Assembly (NCBI GenBank): GCA_902613795.1
Contig: CACMIP010000003.1
Coordinates: forward strand, 1,110 to 65,109
DNA length: 64,000 nucleotides
Reading direction: 5' to 3'
Source of the DNA: an uncultured OCS116 cluster bacterium
GTDB lineage: Bacteria; Pseudomonadota; Alphaproteobacteria; Rhizobiales; TMED25
Below the pieces are notes generated by a model that worked only from the letters and a program-made list of their open reading frames with translations, had not been told where the DNA came from and made no database searches. Made by a program: the position numbers and the translations under genes. Below, piece after piece: positions 59,536-64,000 of this stretch (positions are counted from its first letter, which is position 1; each line of letters begins with the position of its first letter).

Positions 59536-60687
59536 TCAATTTAGAACCCTGTTTATTATTTTAGCGGCCTGATTTACGTCATCGTTACTTCCAACTAGTG
59601 CAATTCTGATATAGTTACCTGCTGAGGAATGACCACCTGAATTTATTGATAGATAAGACCCAGGTATTACTTTTAATCCAGCTGACCATAGCTTTATCGT
59701 TACTTCTTCATCTGTACCAAATTCTGATATTTCCAACCACGCAAAAAAACCACCACCTGGCGTATTAAAATTAAATTTTTTATCAATATTATTTTGGAAT
59801 ATTTCAAATTTTTGATTGTATAACTTCCGATTCTCAATCACGTGATTTTCGTCACCCCAGAGCGCCTCTGAGGCTATTTGGATTGGCGTAGGGACAGTTG
59901 GAGCCGAAACATTGCGTAGATCAAAGAATTTATCAATTAGGTTTTTTTCACCAAATACAAAACCCGATCTTAGTCCAGGTGCATTTGACCTCTTTGATAA
60001 TGAGTTGAAAGATAAAACATTTTTGAATTTATTTTTTTCTGCAACTTCGATAATGCTATGCGGCGCTTCGTCACGATAAATTTCAGAATAGCACTCATCA
60101 GCTATTATAATAAAATTATATCGAAGTGACATCTCGTACAATTCTTCTAGGTACTCCAGGCTAGCAATTGACCCTTGCGGGTTCGATGGTGAACACAAAT
60201 AGAATGCTATGGTCTGAGACCAAGTATTAGTATCAACCATGCCTAAATTAATAAAAAAATTATCCTCTTTTGATACATTAACAGTAAGATTTTCTCTGTC
60301 AGTATAATGTCCTGTTGTTGCATACACGGGGTAAAATGGGTTTGGTAGAATAAATATAGATTTATTATCCTGTAATTTTTTAGCAAGCAGGCTGCCAAAA
60401 AAAAGCCCTTCCCTCGATCCAGATATCGGTAAAATATTACTAGTATGGACATCTGTTTTTAGATTGTGCCGCCGGGAAAGCCATTTAGATATATTCATGC
60501 CAAAATTTGGGTTTGAATTCGCCGAAGGATAATTTTGGAATTCTGTAAAATTATCATAAATAATTTCTTTTATAAATGATGGCATTTCATGTTTTGGAGC
60601 ACCAATAGACATATCAATCCAACCATCTTTCTCCGGATAGTTACTGAGCAGGTCGCGTGTTCGCTGAAATGGTGAGAGAGATACCAT
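59536..60687 (-). CDS. PLP-dependent aminotransferase, class I/II (DapC/AlaC-like; specificity not assignable)
   Basis: 383 aa with the PLP-lysine region FNSLSKRSNAPGLRSGF and CSPSNPQG. Confidence 0.8.
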   Translation of the reverse strand: MVSLSPFQRTRDLLSNYPEKDGWIDMSIGAPKHEMPSFIKEIIYDNFTEFQNYPSANSNPNFGMNISKWLSRRHNLKTDVHTSNILPISGSREGLFFGSLLAKKLQDNKSIFILPNPFYPVYATTGHYTDRENLTVNVSKEDNFFINLGMVDTNTWSQTIAFYLCSPSNPQGSIASLEYLEELYEMSLRYNFIIIADECYSEIYRDEAPHSIIEVAEKNKFKNVLSFNSLSKRSNAPGLRSGFVFGEKNLIDKFFDLRNVSAPTVPTPIQIASEALWGDENHVIENRKLYNQKFEIFQNNIDKKFNFNTPGGGFFAWLEISEFGTDEEVTIKLWSAGLKVIPGSYLSINSGGHSSAGNYIRIALVGSNDDVNQAAKIINRVLN

Positions 60688-60752
60688 TAATCCTCATAAT
60701 AAACAATATTTTATTATAGAATTATCTGGTTAAACGTGTGTTAATAACTAAC

Positions 60753-60783
60753 AAAAAAGGTGGCCATTAAGACCACCTTTTTT
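60753..60783 (-). terminator. bidirectional rho-independent terminator downstream of amtB
   Basis: A6-GGTGG...CCACC-T6 (60753-60783). A stem flanked by A and T runs, so either strand reads as a hairpin plus a U-tract. Lies 26 nt after the amtB stop. Confidence 0.8.
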
Positions 60784-60808
60784 ATGGGAGAATATAACAG
60801 TGTAAATA

Positions 60809-62098
60809 TTATGATTTAGAGAAGTCTGGATATGCATCCATACCTAATTCAGCTTTATCTACACCGGATAGTTCGGCTTCTTCGCTGACGCGTATACCAA
60901 TTGTTGATTTCATTACAAACCATACAATCGCACTGACAACACTTACGAAGACACCAATTGAAATAACACCAATGAACTGGGTTACAACACTCGTTCCGTC
61001 GTTTGATAGCGGAACTACTAATGTTCCCCAAATACCTGCTAGTAGATGCACAGGAATAGCTCCAACGACATCGTCTATTTTAAATTTATCAAGCATCGGT
61101 ACAGCAAGTACAACTATAATACCACCGATACCACCAATAATTATTGATAGAAGTGGTGAAGGCATTAAAGGTTCTGCTGTGATAGATACAAGACCTGCTA
61201 GAGCACCGTTTAGGGCCATAGTTAGATCAACTTTTTTATACAACACTTGTGATAATATAATTGCGGCAACAACACCACCGGCAGCAGCAAGGTTTGTATT
61301 CATAAAGATTTTAGATACAGATGATGCATCTTCTAAAGAACCAAGTGCTAGCTGTGAGCCGCCATTAAATCCAAACCAACCTAACCACAGGATGAAAGTA
61401 CCCAGTGTTGCTAATGGCATGGATGATCCAGGCATAGGATTAACTGTACCGTCTTCATTATATCTTCCGGCTCGTGAACCAAGTATTAAGGCACCCATAA
61501 GAGCAGCCCATCCACCTGTTGAGTGAACTATTGTAGAACCAGCGAAATCACTGAAACCTAGCTCTGAGAGGAAACCTCCGCCCCATTGCCATGCACCTTG
61601 GATAGGATAAATAATACCACATAGTATTACGACGAATATTAGAAATGGAATTAGTTTGATACGCTCGGCGAGTGTACCAGATACAATGGAAGCTGCTGTT
61701 GCACAGAATACCATTTGGAAAAACCAGTCTGAAGCTGCAGAGTAGTCTCCTGTGTCAACTGATGGGTCTGGAACACTAAAAGCTGTAAAGCTTCCAATAT
61801 ATCCACCATCAACACCATCATACATTAAATTGTAGCCAAGTACCCAAAAAGCTATACCAGCTATTGAATAAAGAGCAATATTTTTTGTACATTGCATGGC
61901 AACACTTCTAGAACGTACCATGCCAGCCTCTAGCATTGCAAAGCCAGCTGCCATCCACATTACCAAAAAACCACCGATCAAGAATAGCAAAGTATTGAAT
62001 ACGTAAGCTGTATCTTCACCAGCAGCGTTGGCCGGTTCAGTCATGGTCAGAGTAATAACTCCGAGTCCAATTGCTGATAATAATAATTTTTTTAACAT
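60809..62098 (-). CDS. amtB: ammonium transporter
   Basis: 429 aa, signal peptide plus about 11 TM helices, with Amt signatures (DFAGSTIVHSTGGWAAL, twin-His context). Downstream of glnK. Confidence 0.95.
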   Translation of the reverse strand: MLKKLLLSAIGLGVITLTMTEPANAAGEDTAYVFNTLLFLIGGFLVMWMAAGFAMLEAGMVRSRSVAMQCTKNIALYSIAGIAFWVLGYNLMYDGVDGGYIGSFTAFSVPDPSVDTGDYSAASDWFFQMVFCATAASIVSGTLAERIKLIPFLIFVVILCGIIYPIQGAWQWGGGFLSELGFSDFAGSTIVHSTGGWAALMGALILGSRAGRYNEDGTVNPMPGSSMPLATLGTFILWLGWFGFNGGSQLALGSLEDASSVSKIFMNTNLAAAGGVVAAIILSQVLYKKVDLTMALNGALAGLVSITAEPLMPSPLLSIIIGGIGGIIVVLAVPMLDKFKIDDVVGAIPVHLLAGIWGTLVVPLSNDGTSVVTQFIGVISIGVFVSVVSAIVWFVMKSTIGIRVSEEAELSGVDKAELGMDAYPDFSKS

Positions 62099-62115
62099 TT
62101 TTTTCTCCTAGTTTT

Positions 62116-62454
62116 CTAAAGGGCTTCAGCGTCTTTTTCGCCAGTCCTAATTCTAATTGCGCCTTGAACGTCAAACACAAATATTTTACCGTCACCGACT
62201 TTATCTGTTTTTGCTGCTTCAACTATTGCGCTTGTTGCTGAATCAAGTAGATCATCCTTTAATACAAGATCAATCTGTATCTTTGGAATGAAATTTACTT
62301 CATATTCAGCGCCTCGATAAACTTCGGTATGTCCTTTTTGACGACCAAAACCTTTTACTTCGGTAACGGTCATCCCTTCAATCCCAAGATCAACGAGAGC
62401 TTTCCTTACGTCATCAAGCTTGAACGGCTTAATGATTGCTGTAATTAATTTCAT
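62116..62454 (-). CDS. glnK: nitrogen regulatory protein P-II
   Basis: 112 aa, MKLITAIIKPFKLDDV...T-loop GRQKGHTEVYRGAEY. AAGGAG RBS about 8 nt upstream. Confidence 0.95.
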   Translation of the reverse strand: MKLITAIIKPFKLDDVRKALVDLGIEGMTVTEVKGFGRQKGHTEVYRGAEYEVNFIPKIQIDLVLKDDLLDSATSAIVEAAKTDKVGDGKIFVFDVQGAIRIRTGEKDAEAL

Positions 62455-62490
62455 CGAATTTCTCCTTTTAAAATCGTTTAGGATATAAAG

Positions 62491-62506
62491 TGCAAAAAGT
62501 GTGCCA
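62491..62506 (-). promoter_or_regulatory. sigma-54 (-24/-12) promoter for glnK-amtB
   Basis: The minus strand reads TGGCAC-ACTTT-TTGCA, an exact fit to TGGCAC-N5-TTGCW with correct GG/GC spacing. It lies about 37 nt upstream of the glnK ATG. Confidence 0.8.
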
Positions 62507-62623
62507 AGTTTTGGATATTTCTTATAAAGTATTGTTTTATAACAATAATTTTTTTCTCTAGAAACTCTTTCCGGTTTGGATAAAAGTAATAAGATTAAAA
62601 ATTATGCACTATTTGAAATATGA

Positions 62624-63490
62624 TTAAAAAGTAGGCATTTTTCTAATCATACCCTCCTGCGCTACAGTCGCGATTAAATTTCCTTCACAAGAATAAAGCA
62701 TTCCTTCAGCAAAACCTCTATTACCACTGGTTTTTGGGCTTTTCTGGCTGTAAAGGGTCCAGTCATTAATATCAAAATTGTTATCATGAAACCAGATTGA
62801 GTGATCTAGGCTTGCAACTTGAATATTTTTTTGGAAAATTGAAATACCATGTGGCATCAGAGCTGTATCTAGTATCGTATAGTCACTAGCATAGGCTAAT
62901 AGAGCTTGGTTCATTATCAGATCTAGATCTGTTTTTGCCGAGGTTTTTAACCAAAGCATCTGTAAAGGGTCTTCATTTTTCGGCATAGTAATATCTCTTG
63001 GTTTTATTGGCCGAAATTCAATCGCTCTATCCCTATGCCGTGTGTCTTTAATATTATCTGGTTTATTTTTAAAGACATCATCAAGTATTTCCATTTCTGT
63101 TTTCAGGTCTTCGGGATTAACGACGCCAGAGGGCATTTTTTCTTGATGTTCAAGCCCCCTTTCTTTTTTTTGAAATGACGCAATCATATAAAATATTAAT
63201 TTGTCATTTTGGTAAGCGGACACAATTCTTTGAGCGAAACTTCTGCCCTCACGAAGAGTGTTCACTTCGTAATTCATTATAATATCAGGATCACCGGCAC
63301 GAAGAAAATATGAGTGTAAGGAGTGCAAATTTTTATCTTTCACAGTCCTGTATGAGGCAATGATTGATTGTGCAACGATGAGGCCTCCAAATACCCTAGT
63401 CCAACCAAACTCATTTACTGAAGCTCTGAACCTGTTATCTGATATTTTCTCCAGGTTGAGTAAGTTCTGAAGATTTTTAATAGCACTCAT
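62624..63490 (-). CDS. tesB: acyl-CoA thioesterase II
   Basis: 288 aa double hot-dog (RVFGGLIVAQSI...; second half ...ASLDHSIWFH). Confidence 0.88.
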   Translation of the reverse strand: MSAIKNLQNLLNLEKISDNRFRASVNEFGWTRVFGGLIVAQSIIASYRTVKDKNLHSLHSYFLRAGDPDIIMNYEVNTLREGRSFAQRIVSAYQNDKLIFYMIASFQKKERGLEHQEKMPSGVVNPEDLKTEMEILDDVFKNKPDNIKDTRHRDRAIEFRPIKPRDITMPKNEDPLQMLWLKTSAKTDLDLIMNQALLAYASDYTILDTALMPHGISIFQKNIQVASLDHSIWFHDNNFDINDWTLYSQKSPKTSGNRGFAEGMLYSCEGNLIATVAQEGMIRKMPTF

Positions 63491-63556
63491 AATAAAATAG
63501 AAATTATTTAATAAAGTTATATATTTATATTTTAAAGACTACATAACAAGAAAAAA

Positions 63557-64000
63557 ATGAAACAGCTAAAATCTTCGCATTCGGATTTAATAATCGTGGG
63601 TAATGGAATAACTTCACAATTTTTTGCGCTTAGATTATCAAAGATATTGGGCGGTAGAATTAGAATAATAATCATTGATAAAGAGAGAAAAGATGCTGAT
63701 CTAAATGAATATGTTCGTGCTCTCTCCTTATCACTATCAACAATCAATCTGTGCAAGTCACTTGGTATATGGAAATTAATAGAACCGCATACACACCCAA
63801 TATCTAGAATATTTATAAGTCACTCAGCATCAAATGGAGAAAAACGAGGTTTTTTAAGTCTAGATAATAGAGTTAATGACGAGGTTGCGTCATATATAAT
63901 TGATGAGAAGGTCCTTAGAAAGATCGTTTCTGAAGAAACAGCAAAGCTTAGTAACATTGACTTAATTTACGCTAATATTAGTGATATTAAGTTGGAGACT
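63557..64000 (+). CDS. FAD-dependent monooxygenase, UbiH/UbiF/Coq6 family (3' end outside the window)
   Basis: Not in the supplied track because it runs off the window. My hand translation from the ATG at 63557 gives MKQLKSSHSDLIIVGNGITSQFFALRL...RALSLSLSTINLCKSLGIWKLI, open to nt 64000. This is the GxGxxG FAD fold plus a UbiH-like RALAL..GVW pattern. Confidence 0.6.
   Translation, partial: MKQLKSSHSDLIIVGNGITSQFFALRLSKILGGRIRIIIIDKERKDADLNEYVRALSLSLSTINLCKSLGIWKLIEPHTHPISRIFISHSASNGEKRGFLSLDNRVNDEVASYIIDEKVLRKIVSEETAKLSNIDLIYANISDIKLET

Noticed and set aside
60972-61526. 184-aa plus-strand ORF inside amtB, with similar long antisense ORFs at 26447-26974 (in hisA/hisF), 14183-14650 (in the enoyl-CoA hydratase gene), 19946-20362 (in dnaK) and 58036-58464 (in ftsK)
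   Set aside because: All lie antisense to genes with unmistakable conserved motifs. Their translations are low-complexity and have no recognisable domain. They are typical shadow ORFs.
62455-62623. Possible glutamine (glnA-type) riboswitch in the glnK leader
   Set aside because: The leader between the sigma-54 promoter and the ATG is only about 37 nt and shows none of the conserved CGUUCA...GGAAGUAGG-type elements I remember for that motif.
63532-63756. 74-aa minus-strand ORF at the right end of the window
   Set aside because: The plus strand here encodes a convincing UbiH-family N-terminus (GxGxxG FAD fold) that stays open to the window edge. The minus ORF is its shadow.
1-64000. Window-wide look for tRNA/rRNA genes, CRISPR arrays, IS elements, integrases, toxin-antitoxin pairs or defence islands
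   Set aside because: No spacer longer than 80 nt shows tRNA-like features (GTTCGAATC-type T-arms with acceptor pairing). I saw no regularly spaced direct repeats. Every ORF longer than 100 aa is accounted for by a housekeeping or conserved-hypothetical call.

Overview
Visibly AT-rich, tightly packed bacterial chromosome segment. Gene content and synteny are classically alphaproteobacterial and origin-proximal. I would guess a streamlined free-living, possibly marine, alphaproteobacterium, but I cannot assign a taxon from sequence alone. I call 68 protein-coding genes, almost all core housekeeping. In order they are: infB-rbfA-truB-rpsO-pnp; fabA-fabB-fabI with a divergent Irr-like Fur-family regulator; dut-coaBC-ubiB-ubiE; mutM; rpsT; a rhodanese gene overlapping dnaA; dnaN; dnaK-dnaJ; dapB; gpmA; coaA; hisE/F/A/H/B; hslVU; smr-mltA-Tim44-like; secB; dnaQ-coaE-maf-PDRP; hemE-hemJ-rho; mnmE-mnmG-rsmG-parA-parB; holA-lptE-leuS; two tandem porin paralogues; yggS; xthA; lolA-ftsK; glnK-amtB; tesB; and a partial ubiH-like gene at the right edge. 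I found no tRNA, rRNA, CRISPR array, transposase, integrase, phage or recognisable defence genes, so this looks like an ordinary core region rather than an accessory island. I do not see a convincing novel multi-gene system. The points worth a second look are all modest. (1) The hemE-upstream spacer is a candidate oriC with DnaA-box-like 9-mers. (2) The rpsT-dnaA junction carries a 441-bp AT-rich spacer, a perfect 22-bp palindrome and a rhodanese gene overlapping dnaA. (3) The tandem porins share four conserved cysteines, differ strongly in codon usage, and one has a lipobox-like signal peptide. (4) A 368-bp spacer between qor and mnmE contains a 70-codon open frame with no start codon. (5) A stand-alone cNMP-binding-domain protein overlaps yggS. 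(6) The MltA homologue has no signal peptide. (7) The MoeB/ThiF-like E1 lacks all four zinc ligands. (8) Five convergent gene pairs have 2 nt of spacing or less. Several regulatory sites can be read directly: a textbook sigma-54 promoter for glnK-amtB, an RpoH-type promoter for dnaK, and two strong intrinsic terminators. All calls rest on reading the supplied translations and the sequence by eye. No database search was possible.
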